64,000 nucleotides of DNA from Octopus vulgaris (GCA_951406725.2 OX597830.1:64294001-64358000), one strand, 5' to 3'; numbered from the stretch's first letter, positions 27,296 through 38,902 are shown. The notes: generated by a model not told the origin, from the letters alone. Numbers and translations: made by a program.

Positions 27296-27754
27296 AACTT
27301 AGATATGTTTCGACCAAAGATTGGTCCAGGCCATGTCTAACTTAATAGCACCACCTGATAGGATAATCTAAATCCTGTTTAAGTCAAGTTTTGTTTATGG
27401 TCCATTCAAGTAGTGAGTTTTTGTTGGGTGAGTTGTATCCAATTATGGGTGGCTTATCTGGTATTCCTTGAAGGAATCTATCCAGACTCCGTTTAAAGTT
27501 GGTGGGATCCTTTTCCTGTTTGATCTCTTTCGGGACAATGTTAAATAGGGTAGGGCCTGTTGAGGAAAAGAAATTATGTTGCAGTGTACATGTATGCTGT
27601 GATCTTGAATTGGGCAGGTCCCAGTCTTGGATGAACCTTGAAGCTAGTGTTCAGGTCGTTTGGGCAAAGTTGCCGGTATATTCTCCACATCGTACAAATT
27701 ATGTACCGTTCACGGCGATGCTGGAGAGAGTAGAGTTTCAAAGCTTTAAGGCGG
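27296..27754 (-). mobile_element. 3' end of a CR1-type LINE
   Basis: [20 protein letters not shown]; HPRLG; [35 protein letters not shown]. Its 3'UTR matches that of the LINE at 49810. Confidence 0.85.
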
Positions 27755-27780
27755 ATATATTATATATATATGTATATATG

Positions 27781-27860
<80 letters not shown>

Positions 27861-27887
27861 CATATATATATACGTAAAGTATGTACA

Positions 27888-28242
27888 TACAAACAATAAC
27901 TCTGAGCACCTTTTCAATCTCCACCCATCTAACACCCGTGGACATATTTACAAAGTCAGAAAACAGCACAGCTCCCATGATTTCAGGAAAAAATTTTTCA
28001 CGCTGAAGCATGGAACAAACTGCCGGCATCAGTTGTTAGTTGTCGGAGCACTGCATCCTTCAAAACTTCCATGTTTTCTGAGATTCGCCAACGCTACACT
28101 TGATTTTCTCCCCTCCATACACACACAAGCATGTATCTGACTCATACATTGTTCGCTTTCCAGACATTTTTACATTACTGCATGTACTTTATATGCACTT
28201 TCTGATAAGTTGTGGTGCACCTGAGAACTGTATACAATAATT

Positions 28243-28245
<3 letters not shown>
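27888..28245 (+). mobile_element. 3' end of a second CR1-type LINE with (ATT)n tail
   Basis: [18 protein letters not shown]...RKKFFTL..[frameshift][11 protein letters not shown]...SFK: the classic CR1 ORF2 C-terminal TRGH/FF/WN.LP motifs. Confidence 0.85.
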
Positions 28246-28310
<65 letters not shown>

Positions 28311-28315
<5 letters not shown>

Positions 28316-29159
28316 GTATGTATATATGCATATATTTTATTTATTTATTATATTACTATATGACCGAACGCACGCGTTATTTCTCTTCTCCAAGTTTTTA
28401 TTTGAATCATCACGACGCGCACTCTTTGACCTTTCCTCCCTGCCTGTCTGTCTTTCTCTCTACTTGTCTCTCTCCTTATTTTTCACCCTTTCTGGCTTCT
28501 TTCCTCTCTCTCTCTCTTCCTCCTCCTCCTCCTCCTCCTCCTCCTCCTCCTGACCAGAGGGTTGCTAAAACTTTCTTTCAGCTTCGTCCTTCAACAAGTA
28601 TAGATCGACTTCTGTCCTTCGTAAGCCGATTTTTCACATGCGTTCTAACTAATTTTTCCACCGTCCAGGCAAAAAAGCCCTTATTGTCTGTTCCCTGTTC
28701 TGTTTCTTTATTTGTACTGTTTTTTCTTTATTTGTATTGTTTTTTCTTCATTTGTATTGCTTTTACGTTCTGTTTTTGTCACTTGCAAAAGAATTTTATT
28801 TAATTCTTTTTGCAGGAAGGACTGCTTCGACTGTGTTCTGTCCTTACCTTCGAAACACACTTTGAGTCGAACCAGGGAAAGCTGATGCAGGGGAATATTC
28901 CTTGTATTGTTTGTCTTGTACTCTGTTTTTTCGTTGTTTAAAAAAAGTCCGTTTCCTTGTTTGATTTTATGTTCTCGTCTCTCGTTGTGTTCTACGTTTA
29001 TTTGTGGTGTCCTGTACTCATATATATATATATATATGTATGCATGTATATATACATGTAGATGTAAGTATGTACATATATGTATGTATATATGCATATA
29101 TCTTATTTATTTATTATATTACTATATGACCGAACGCACGCGTCATTTCTCTTCTCCAA

Positions 29160-29163
<4 letters not shown>
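28311..29163 (+). repeat. TA-flanked element whose first 86 or so bases are directly repeated downstream
   Basis: 28311-28397 matches 29078-29163 (…ctatatgaccgaacgcacgcgt.atttctcttctccaagttt). Its end tgtcctgtactca(TA)n resembles cgtcctgtaccca(TA)n at 25756. Confidence 0.65.
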
Positions 29164-29236
<73 letters not shown>

Positions 29237-29278
29237 TAATGAGGGTAGAAATTGATATTAATCAATTAAAACCAGTGG

Positions 29279-29508
29279 ATACAGTTCTAATGAGGAGTTA
29301 TGAACATTATTTACATTCGACGGATATTTGTCCTCATCATTTTTGTTAACACAACGTTTCGGCTGATATACCCTCCAGCCATATGCCGACGGGCATATGG
29401 CGTAGTGGTTAAGAGCGCGGGCTACTAATCCCAAGATTCCAAGTTCGATTCCAAGCAGTGACCTGAACACTAACAATAATAATAATAATGATAATAATAA
29501 TAATAATG

Positions 29509-29571
<63 letters not shown>

Positions 29572-30119
29572 GAAGCTATGCCAACATTATGGAATAACAA
29601 CAGAAAAAAGATGGTATAGGCACACACCAGAAAAGGTCACAGAAAACGAGAAAGCAACCATACTCTGGGATATGCCGATACACACAGATAGAGAAATTAA
29701 GGCCAACAGACCAGATATAGTTGTCAGAGATCATGAAGAAAAAAATGCTTTCTAATTGATGTATCAATACCGGCAGATGACAACGTGTCTCTAAAAGAAA
29801 TGGAGAAACTCTCAAAATACAAAGACCTGGAAATAGAGGTAACTAGAATGTGGAACCTGAAAACAGAAACAATTCCTATCATAGTAGGTGCATTAGGCAT
29901 GATAAAAAAATATTCAGACAAATACATAACAAAAACACCAGGACTTACAAACACATATAACATACAGAAAATTGCACTACTAGGCACTGCACACATCCTA
30001 CGCAGAACACTTTCCATACAATAACCATCAGAGCATCACAACAAATCACAGCACATACCCAAGGCACACAGAGCTGCGCTCGGTAGTGAAGTGAAAGCAC
30101 GCTAAAAAAAATAAAACTA

Positions 30120-30158
<39 letters not shown>

Positions 30159-30225
30159 TCCTGAATGAGACAAATATCCGTCGAATGTAAATAATGTAAA
30201 TAATGTAAATAATGTAAATAATGTT
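29279..30225 (+). mobile_element. Composite tRNA-headed SINE with Penelope-type tail (copy 2), carrying a nested Dong-type LINE
   Basis: Inverted tail 29279-29380 (includes stem II and GAAACGTT of the hammerhead), head 29391-29463 (TGGCGTAGTGG, GTTCGATTCC), (AAT)n, tail gacaaatatccgtcgaat(gtaaataat)n. TSD AAACCAGTGG at 29269-29278 and 30226-30235. Confidence 0.8.
29570..30122 (+). mobile_element. 5'-truncated R4/Dong-type LINE: restriction-like endonuclease domain and 3'UTR, inserted in (TAA)n
   Basis: WKLCQHYG..WYRHTPEKVTENEKATILWDMPIHTDREIKANRPDIVV..[frameshift]CFLIDVSIP.D.NVSLKEMEKLSKYKDL..MW..IPIIVGALG..QKIALLGTAHILRRTL*: PD..D..K..KY RLE signature. Confidence 0.9.
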
Positions 30226-30759
30226 AAACCAGTGGCTTAGCATATTTAAAAACTCCGAAGATTGAAAATTATATTACATACAAATTAAGAGGAATGACCA
30301 CCAACGTGGACTTCTAATATGCTAAACGTAGACGTCAAATCGCCTTACAACGAAGAGTGTGTTCTCAAGAAAAATTCCAGCAAAACGCCAGAATGTAAAA
30401 ATGAGCAAGACAAATGAAGATATATGAAATAAAAAAACGATTGCCTACGTACCAGTGATTTCGTTTGTTAATATTTATGAATATAAATATCTGCAAGCTC
30501 ATCAGCGTAGTCTGTCGCTTACAAAACACAATTTCAAGAACTAGACACTGAACGCTCACCCGAGAGAGAACATGTATAAAGTTCTGCAAATTATATTTGG
30601 AGGTATCTTTCAAACGTCTTCGTTTTGGCGCGCTGAGGCCGGAAATAACTATGCAGTTAATAAGTTTCTGAAGCTAATTTACCGATGAGAGAACCTTGTT
30701 ATTTAAGAATTAAATGAGGGTAGGAATTGATATTAATCAATTAAAACCAGTGGCTACTG

Positions 30760-31137
30760 TGTATGAAACGCGATAATGTTCCTGAGACTAAGAGTCGATG
30801 CCAAAACCTTTCAATGATGTCAGTCTCCCCGGAAAGAAACAACACAGAATTTGAACATTTATCAGTTGACAAACCAGGATGACTTTCACAGAAATGGATA
30901 TTCTAAAACACACACACATACACATATGAAATAAACAAACAATAAAAATAAATGAATAAGAAAATAAAAGATATTTTACAACGGTCAAGAATTACATCAG
31001 CTAAAAGAAAACATGGCTCATGGACAAGCTGAGACGAAAGAAAGAAAGAAAGAAAGGAAACCTAACAAAGGGTGGTGAGGATAGTCGTGGCGACAGCGAC
31101 TGGTTGTTACACAACTGGAGATGATCCTGCAACAAGT
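30760..31137 (-). repeat. Locally duplicated unexplained unit, inverted copy
   Basis: Reverse complement contains ttgttgcaggatcatctccagttgtgtaac and tatccatttctgtgaaagtcatcc...aaggttttggcatcgactctt. Confidence 0.75.
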
Positions 31138-31435
31138 ATGGCCATACTTGTTGCAATAACATTGTCCGTTTTTTCCGTCCTTGTTTTTGTATACTTTCGC
31201 TACTTTCTTCCAAGGAATCTAATGCTCTTAGCTTTATTTTTCCTTGGGGCTGGCCAGATTGGAGCAATCTCAAGTATAGTCAGCCGAAATTGAGAAGATA
31301 ATCTGGTACTTGACTGAGGAAAGAACTCTTTGAATGACCGTCCTTGTTTTCTTTGTGTCATCTATCTGGATGTTTTGTTGTCCGATTTTTGTATCACCTA
31401 ACTGTCCGGATATTTTGCGTTTTTGTCCCATTTTG

Positions 31436-31493
<58 letters not shown>

Positions 31494-31496
<3 letters not shown>

Positions 31497-31676
31497 TAAA
31501 ATCGGTAAGATAACAAAAGAAACAATGAGACCTCAATATTATGTAAATAGAGGAAATTTATCTGTAAAATAATATGTGACAGATAACCGAAGAGATGGTG
31601 TCGTGGATTTCCATCTCGGCATCCGAAACTCAGAGTTTTATCTTGGCTACCGAATAATTGTCACATGTTATTTTAC

Positions 31677-31680
<4 letters not shown>
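31494..31680. mobile_element. Penelope-type terminal repeat remnant in (TA)n: inverted repeat bracketing a hammerhead-like core
   Basis: atctgtaaaataatatgtgaca (31560-31581) vs tgtcacatgttattttacagat (31659-31680). Inside: agataa CCGAAGA ... GAAA ctc a gag TT ttatct. Confidence 0.55.
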
Positions 31681-31775
<95 letters not shown>

Positions 31776-32113
31776 TAGATAGATGCGTTGAATGCACCTA
31801 CAAGTATCTACAATACAAAATGTCTGCTTCCTGCGTAGGTTCTTTTGAACTATGTTTGTACGTATATGTGCATACTACATACTTACATACATTCATACAA
31901 TGCATACACCCGGCCCCATATATATATAATATCTTTTTCCTTATCTTTCATCTTTTACTTATTAAACTGTAGCCATGCTGGGGCACCGCCTTGAAGAATC
32001 TGCTTTAGCCTGGCGAATCGCCCCCAGTACTTACATATATACATACATATATATGTATAATATATACATATATATGTATAATATATACATATGTATAATA
32101 TATACATATGTAT

Positions 32114-32153
<40 letters not shown>

Positions 32154-32202
32154 TATATGTATAATATATATGCACATAACATATACATACATACGTACAA
32201 AC

Positions 32203-32255
<53 letters not shown>

Positions 32256-32699
32256 CATATAAACATACATATACATATGTGTAAACTTATAAATCCATAT
32301 ATACATACATCAATTCGTATACATACACATACACACACAATCCCTGGAGGTACATCTATGTCTGCATTGCCTAATGTTTTTCCCTTCCTCACTTTTTTTC
32401 TTTCTATGAACTTAAACAAACAAATTCCCGTCCTTCCTTCTTCTGCCAACGTAAATTGCTTTTAGTGACAAACAGTTGCTGCTGCTGTTGTTATTGTTAT
32501 TATATTTCCTGCTAATATTGTTGCTATCGATATTGCTATTGCAGGATATCTCCAGTTGCGTAACAGACACCATCTCCACTTCCACCTCCATCCCCACCTC
32601 CATATCCATCTCCATCTCCACCTCCACCTCCCTCTCCAATCACGTTTTCCTCTTCCTATTTTGTCTTTCATTCGTTTTGTCTCTGAAATTGTATGTTTA

Positions 32700-33530
32700 T
32701 GTTTTATTTGTTGCATGTTTCAAACATTGGACTGCAACCATGCTGAGACACTACCTTTGAGGCTATTAGTCGAAGAAATAATCCATCCTAGTGCTTATTC
32801 ATTCATTCATTTATTTATTTATTTATTTATTTATGAAGCCTGGCATTTATTCTATCATTTATTTTTGCCGAACTGCTCAGTTACGGGCTGTAAAGAAACC
32901 AGCATTCTTTTCTACTCTAGGCACAAGTTCCGAAATTTTAGGGGAAGGAGCCAATCGATTAGATCGACCCCAGTACGCAACTGATACCTAATTCATCGGC
33001 CATGAAAGGATGAAAGGCGAAGTCGACCTCGGCGGAATTTGAACTCAGAACAGTAAAGAAAGACGGAATACCACTAAGCATTTCACCCGGCGTACTAACG
33101 TTTCTTATTTCTTTTTTTTTTTATTGCCCACAAAGGGCTAAACATAGAGGGGACAAACAAGGACAGACAAACAGATTAAGTCAATTATATCGACCCCAGT
33201 GCGGAACTGGTACTTATCTAATCGACCCCAAAAGGATGAAAGGTAAAGTCGACCTCGGCAGAATTTGAACTCAGAACGTAGCGGCAGACGAAATACCGCT
33301 AAGCATTTCGCCCGGCGTGCTAACGTTTCTGCCAGCTCGCCGCCTTAGCAAACAAACCAACATTGATTATCAAACGGTGGTTATGTTCAAAGACACAATT
33401 TCTATCTACCAAATTTATTCACAAAGCATTGGGTAGCCAGGGTCTGTAGCAAAAGACATTCACTCAAGATGTCGTACAGTAGGACTGAACCCAAGTACAT
33501 GTGGTTGCCATGCGAACACACAGCCATTTT
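32700..33530 (-). mobile_element. Old SINE-C interrupted by a SINE-B multimer (32905-33346, minus strand)
   Basis: SINE-C tail and body on both sides. Inside: ttttctactctaggcacaag..., two aaaggatgaaagg..gtcgacctcggc units, ending tctgccagctcgccgcctt. Confidence 0.75.
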
Positions 33531-34371
33531 GATATACATGTTTCTTATTTGAATTATGTGAACTTTGTTTCTTAATCCATTCATGCTGATCGTCCATTTA
33601 AACTGACCCTTAATTTATAAGGGTATAAAACAAATACTTGATACAAATTGTGATTTATGTATGATGTGTATCAAATAATGAAACATGTTCTTAACGTGTA
33701 TGCAGTATGTATCAAACGGATTTCAATAAATTTTTTTCCAGTTGCTATTTAGGTCTCTGTGAATTTTCAGGCAATTTCATTTACAAAAAAAATTTCGGCA
33801 CGGATGGGTTACTTTGATTGTCCTCTGTCTGCGCCCATCATGAAATGTTCATCCTTATATATCAATATAAGAGGCGGGCTTTTCAAATTGCATCTCAGTA
33901 CACGTGTATATTCAGAATAATGCAGCACTGAATATATTCCGGTTAAATTTAAGATTTAAATATAGGATAAAATCTTTATAAGAATTTATCAAGTCATCAG
34001 CGTGAAAACCTTATAAGGGAAAAATTTATAATTATTCCCTTTAAATATATTCATTTATATTAAGTGAAAGACGGTTCTGCAATTTCTTGCTGAGTAACCT
34101 GCACAAACGAGTTGTTTATGGTGACCAAATGTTCATGTTTCACATTAGCTCACCCATTACCTCAAAGCGACAATGCCAGCACAGGTGTACAGTTAAGAGC
34201 ATTGCTACATGTAAATGCCTCACGCTATGCGGGACTCTTAAAGTCAAAACTACCATAAGCGAGGGAATGCAACTTTGGATGCCAACACTTAAAAACAGAT
34301 TCAGCCGCAAATCATATATTTCATATTTAGTGTGCATAATCCACTTTCTAATCGTTGTATCTATATGTATA

Positions 34372-34694
34372 TATAAATCCTTAAAATCCTTTAAAATGTT
34401 TTAGCCCGGAGGCTGCGGCCATGCTGGGGCACCCCCGCTGAATGAGCTACACTAATATGTGAATCCACCTCTGATACGTGGCACTTGGTCAACAAGGGAG
34501 TTCGATGCCACTGCCTGCATCTGTGTCTCCTGTCGTAAGGTAGGTTCATCTGGGACCCCCGACAAGAAGAGATCCAGTTTAGTTTTAAAGAAACCCACAT
34601 TCACACCATGCAAGTCTCTCAGGCATTTAGGGAGGATGTTAAAGAGCTGTGGTCCTCTGAAACCCAAGCTGTTGCAGTATCTGGTCCTGTATTT

Positions 34695-34695
<1 letters not shown>
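34372..34695 (-). mobile_element. 3' end of a CR1-type LINE with short tandem tail
   Basis: RYCNSLGFRGPQLFNILPKCLRDL..FKTKLDLFLSGVPDEP..ASNSLVDQ. 3'UTR ggtgccccagcatggccgcagcctccgggctaaaaca followed by ttttaaagga-type repeats. Confidence 0.85.
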
Positions 34696-34744
<49 letters not shown>

Positions 34745-34962
34745 AAACAAGTCAGGATAGAAAATGCTAAAATAATTTTATAAAGAACATTTCAGTACCG
34801 GTTTCAGTCATTGAGACTTTTTCAACTGTAACAATTAAATAATTAAATTTAGAAAAATTAAAAGAAAAGCTTTTTTAAAAGTATATATTTATAGTGTTCA
34901 AATATAAGTGGCATTTTCCTTGTTTCTGCCTTTCTCAGTCTCTCTTGTTTACTCTTATGGGT

Positions 34963-35040
<78 letters not shown>

Positions 35041-35131
35041 GCAAGTACACAGCTTTATGTATGTCCATATATACATAGATGTACACAGACACCTGCACAC
35101 ATGTACGCAGATACACACGCACACACACGTA

Positions 35132-35185
<54 letters not shown>

Positions 35186-35602
35186 CTTGGCTTTTAAAAA
35201 TGAATCTGGGTGTTTGTTTCACGACTCGGATTTCACGCCACTGCGATCTTCATGCGAGAATTCTTTTCAGAGGGAAATAATATCTGACCAGAACATAGCA
35301 GCGATGAGAAAAATTCTCAATTTCGGTCTTAATAGAAAAGCCATATCCCTTACAAGACCTATCGACCATTTCTTCTTACATTACAGTATATATCTGGCTT
35401 TGAAATATTCTTGTTTATTAATGACTTTGTCACAGTTATGTGTCCGGATCCGTTTGTTACAGTCTGGTCTGTGTATCCATTTATAATTTTTTAGTCTGTA
35501 TATGGATTCATCAGATTATTGTCTCTATAAACTCTTTCTGACAGTCATGGCTTTATAGCCTTTTGACGCAGCATCTCTCCCCTATTCTCCTTTTCTCCCT
35601 CT

Positions 35603-35658
<56 letters not shown>

Positions 35659-35829
35659 TACCCATCTCAATATGGCTAACCACTAAGGGTTGAGATGGCT
35701 AGTATACTTTACGTTGTCGAGCGGTTACTGTTTACATCTCGTTCAGAGATTTATTATTGCTATACATATATATATATATCTTAGTGTATGAACGCATGAA
35801 TATAAACATATACATATATATATATAGTG

Positions 35830-36066
35830 ATGTATTTGCATAGCGAGTGACTTGATCTGAGATCGTATGCTGGAACGAAAACAATCGCAGCGTGGAAGGT
35901 GTTTATAAGCCATTTAAGAAACACACTAAATCGTTAGATTCACTTCAAGATTTAAATTTAATTTGTTAAAATAATTTCGTCGCTTTGAGACCGCGACCTG
36001 TTCACTGACAAAACTTCGTGCTGCATCACGAAATGGCTTATAAACACCTTCCACGCTGCAATTGTA
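35830..36066. mobile_element. Penelope-type terminal repeat remnant in (TA)n with 35-bp inverted repeat
   Basis: 35881-35915 and 36031-36065 are reverse complements (1 mismatch). The enclosed minus strand reads GTGAACA g gtcgc..gcgac GAAA (degenerate hammerhead-like). Confidence 0.5.
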
Positions 36067-36489
36067 TATATATATATATATATATATAGGTCTGGGTGTA
36101 AAACATTGTAAATGTTTATATCTTTCATTCCCGTCAAAATTGCTTTTAACTGTACACCTGTGCTGGCATTGTTGCTTTGAGGTAAGGGGTGAGCTAATGT
36201 GAAACATGAACATTTGGTCACCATAAACAACTCTTTTGTGCAGGTTACTCAGCAAGAAATTGCAGAACCGTCCTTCTCTCGAACATGAGAGGCTAGTACG
36301 AAAAACGCCGATTAAAAATCGATTTTTTTAAAATTCCAAGTGCGTAAGCGACCACATGGACATAAGCCCCCCCACACACACACACACACATGTGTCAAGT
36401 TTCATCAATGTCTGTTGGATAGTCTCGGAGGAGTTAAAGTAACAAATTCTCAAACACACAAACTTGCCATTTATTATTATAGCTGACGA

Positions 36490-36880
36490 AGGCGGCGAGC
36501 TGTCAGAAACGTTAGCAACCCCGGCCGAAATGCGTAGCGGTATTTCGTCTGCCATTACATTCTGAGTTCAAATTCCGCCGAGGTCGACTTTGCCTTTCAT
36601 CCTTTCGGGGTCGATTAAATAAGTACCAGTTACGCACTGGGGGTTAATATAATCGACTTAATCCGTTTGTCTGTCCTTGTTTGTCCCCTCTGTGTTTAGC
36701 CCCTTGTGGGTAATAAAGAAATAGGTATTTCGTCTGTCTTTACCTTCTGAGTTCAAATTCCGCCTAGGTCTACTTTACCTTTCGGGGTCGATAAATTAAG
36801 TACCAGTTGCGTACTAGGGTCGATCTAACCGACTGACCTCTTCTCCCAAAATTTCGGGCCTTGTTCCTAGAGTAGAAACG
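36490..36880 (+). mobile_element. SINE-B dimer
   Basis: Two B-box/core units with different tails. TSD attattatagctgacg (36473-36488) / attattataactgatg (36881-36896). Confidence 0.85.
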
Positions 36881-36914
36881 ATTATTATAACTGATGTCTT
36901 TTTCATACGTGTAT

Positions 36915-37321
36915 ACTCTTACTCTCTTTTACTCTTTTACTTGTTTCAGTCATTTGACTGCGGCCATGCTGGTGCACCGCCTTTAGTCGAGCAAATCGAC
37001 CCCGGGACTTATTCTTTGCAAGCCCAGTACTTATTCTATCGGTTTCTTTTGCCGAACCGCTAAGTGACGGGGACGTAAACACACCAGCATCGGTTGTCAA
37101 GCAATGCTAGGGGGACAAACACAGACACACAAACACACACATACATATACATATATACGACAGACTTCTTTCAGTTTCCGTCTACCAAATCCACTCACAA
37201 GGCATTGGTCGTCCCGGGGCTATAGCAGAAGACACTTGCCCAAGGTGCCACGCAGCGGGACTGAACCCGGAACCATGTGGCTGGTTAGCAAGCTACTTAC
37301 CACACAGCCACTCCTGCGCCT
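36915..37321 (-). mobile_element. SINE-C, full length
   Basis: Colinear with 10661-11081. Confidence 0.9.
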
Positions 37322-37786
37322 GGTTTTAATATGCCGTCTTCATTCTGGTCACGCTATTGTTTTTGTTGTACTCTCATCTTTATATTTTCTCGCTACTGGC
37401 TTTCTTGGTGTCTTACTTTACTTCGAAAGTTTTATCTTAAGCAAGATTTACTCTTTACTGTCAATGTTTAAGATTATGTAATGTCTTTTTTTTCTGTTGC
37501 ATTCAATTAGATTGGTTATCGTATTATCGCCCTGGTGCGTTTGCATTGTTGTTTACACACCCTGGTTTGGTGTCTTGAGGAGCTATGTGAAAAGACACAC
37601 TTATACACGTATATTGTATACGTATATACATAACTATATATAGATGTATGCGTGCATGTGTGAGTGTGCGCCTATCTGTATGTGTGTGTAGCTGATCGAG
37701 AGACCACACACACATATATATTGCTCATTAAGAAACCATGTAAGAAAATATTTATATCTATACATATATATTTCTATGGGTGTGTA

Positions 37787-37829
<43 letters not shown>

Positions 37830-37894
37830 CAATTTGTATATAGACATACATACATTTGTATATATATATACTGTACATATATATATATATGTAT

Positions 37895-37988
<94 letters not shown>

Positions 37989-38001
37989 ATATACCACGCA
38001 G

Positions 38002-38042
<41 letters not shown>

Positions 38043-38084
38043 GTATATACATTCATACACACACACACACACACACACATTTCT

Positions 38085-38283
38085 TGTGTTATTGTCATTA
38101 ATGCATCTGTATCTTCCAGATACGGTTTTCCCCCGACGTCTCTTTACTAATACAAACACCAATAAATGTTCCTGGCTACCTAAAGCTACTTTTAATAAAC
38201 TTGCTTTTCTCGTTTCTTATATATGTCGCTCTTGCTGCTGCTGTTCTGTCTTCATCACTAATATAGTTGTTGCTGTTGTTGCT

Positions 38284-38316
<33 letters not shown>

Positions 38317-38690
38317 GCTGCTGCTGCAGGTTATCTCCAGTTGCGTAACGACCAAACTCCATCCGCACGTTCTCCATATTTTTGGTTTGGTCTGTCATTT
38401 AAATTTAGTTTTTTTGTTTCAGTTCATTTCTAAACTCAACATATGTCAGCTTTTTTTTTCCTTTGAAAGATGATGTAATTTGTAAGTTCTGTAAAACTAG
38501 CTTCTATTTATTTATTTATTTATAAATGTTTTCTTATATTATCCATTTCTGTGAAAGCCATCCCAGATTGTCAAACTGATAAACGTTCAAATTCTGTGTT
38601 GTTTCTTTCATGGACAACTGACAGCATGGAAAGGTTTTGACATCGACTTCTTGTCTTTCGATCGTTATTACATCTCACACTCTGAATATA
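38085..38690 (+). repeat. Locally duplicated unexplained unit, third full copy
   Basis: ttaatgcatctgtat, tgcaggttatctccagttgcgtaac (38325-38349) and block B (38540-38652) are colinear with 26255-26840. Confidence 0.75.
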
Positions 38691-38870
38691 GTTTAGTTAG
38701 TTTTTTTTGTCTAAAAATTTGTCTTGTATGTATGTATGTATGTATGTATGTATGTATGTATGTATGTATGTATGTATATACGTATATATATATATATATA
38801 TATATACGTATTATATGCGTACAACCGTATATATGCATATGCATATATATCATTTATAGGTATATAATAT

Positions 38871-38902
<32 letters not shown>

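Larger units (their letters stand above)
29232..30425 (+). repeat. Host interspersed repeat split by the 29279-30225 insertion; other pieces at 13760-13910 (-), 30708-30755, 39885-40165
   Basis: gagggtagaaattgatattaatcaattaaaaccagtgg|cttagcatatt...attatattacatac...aagag.atgaccac is contiguous in the copy at 39890-40008. Confidence 0.7.

Noticed and set aside
27301-27330. Stem-loop + GAAACA as a hammerhead (also the SINE-C tail)
   Set aside because: No CUGANGA box upstream; better explained as the LINE 3' recognition hairpin.
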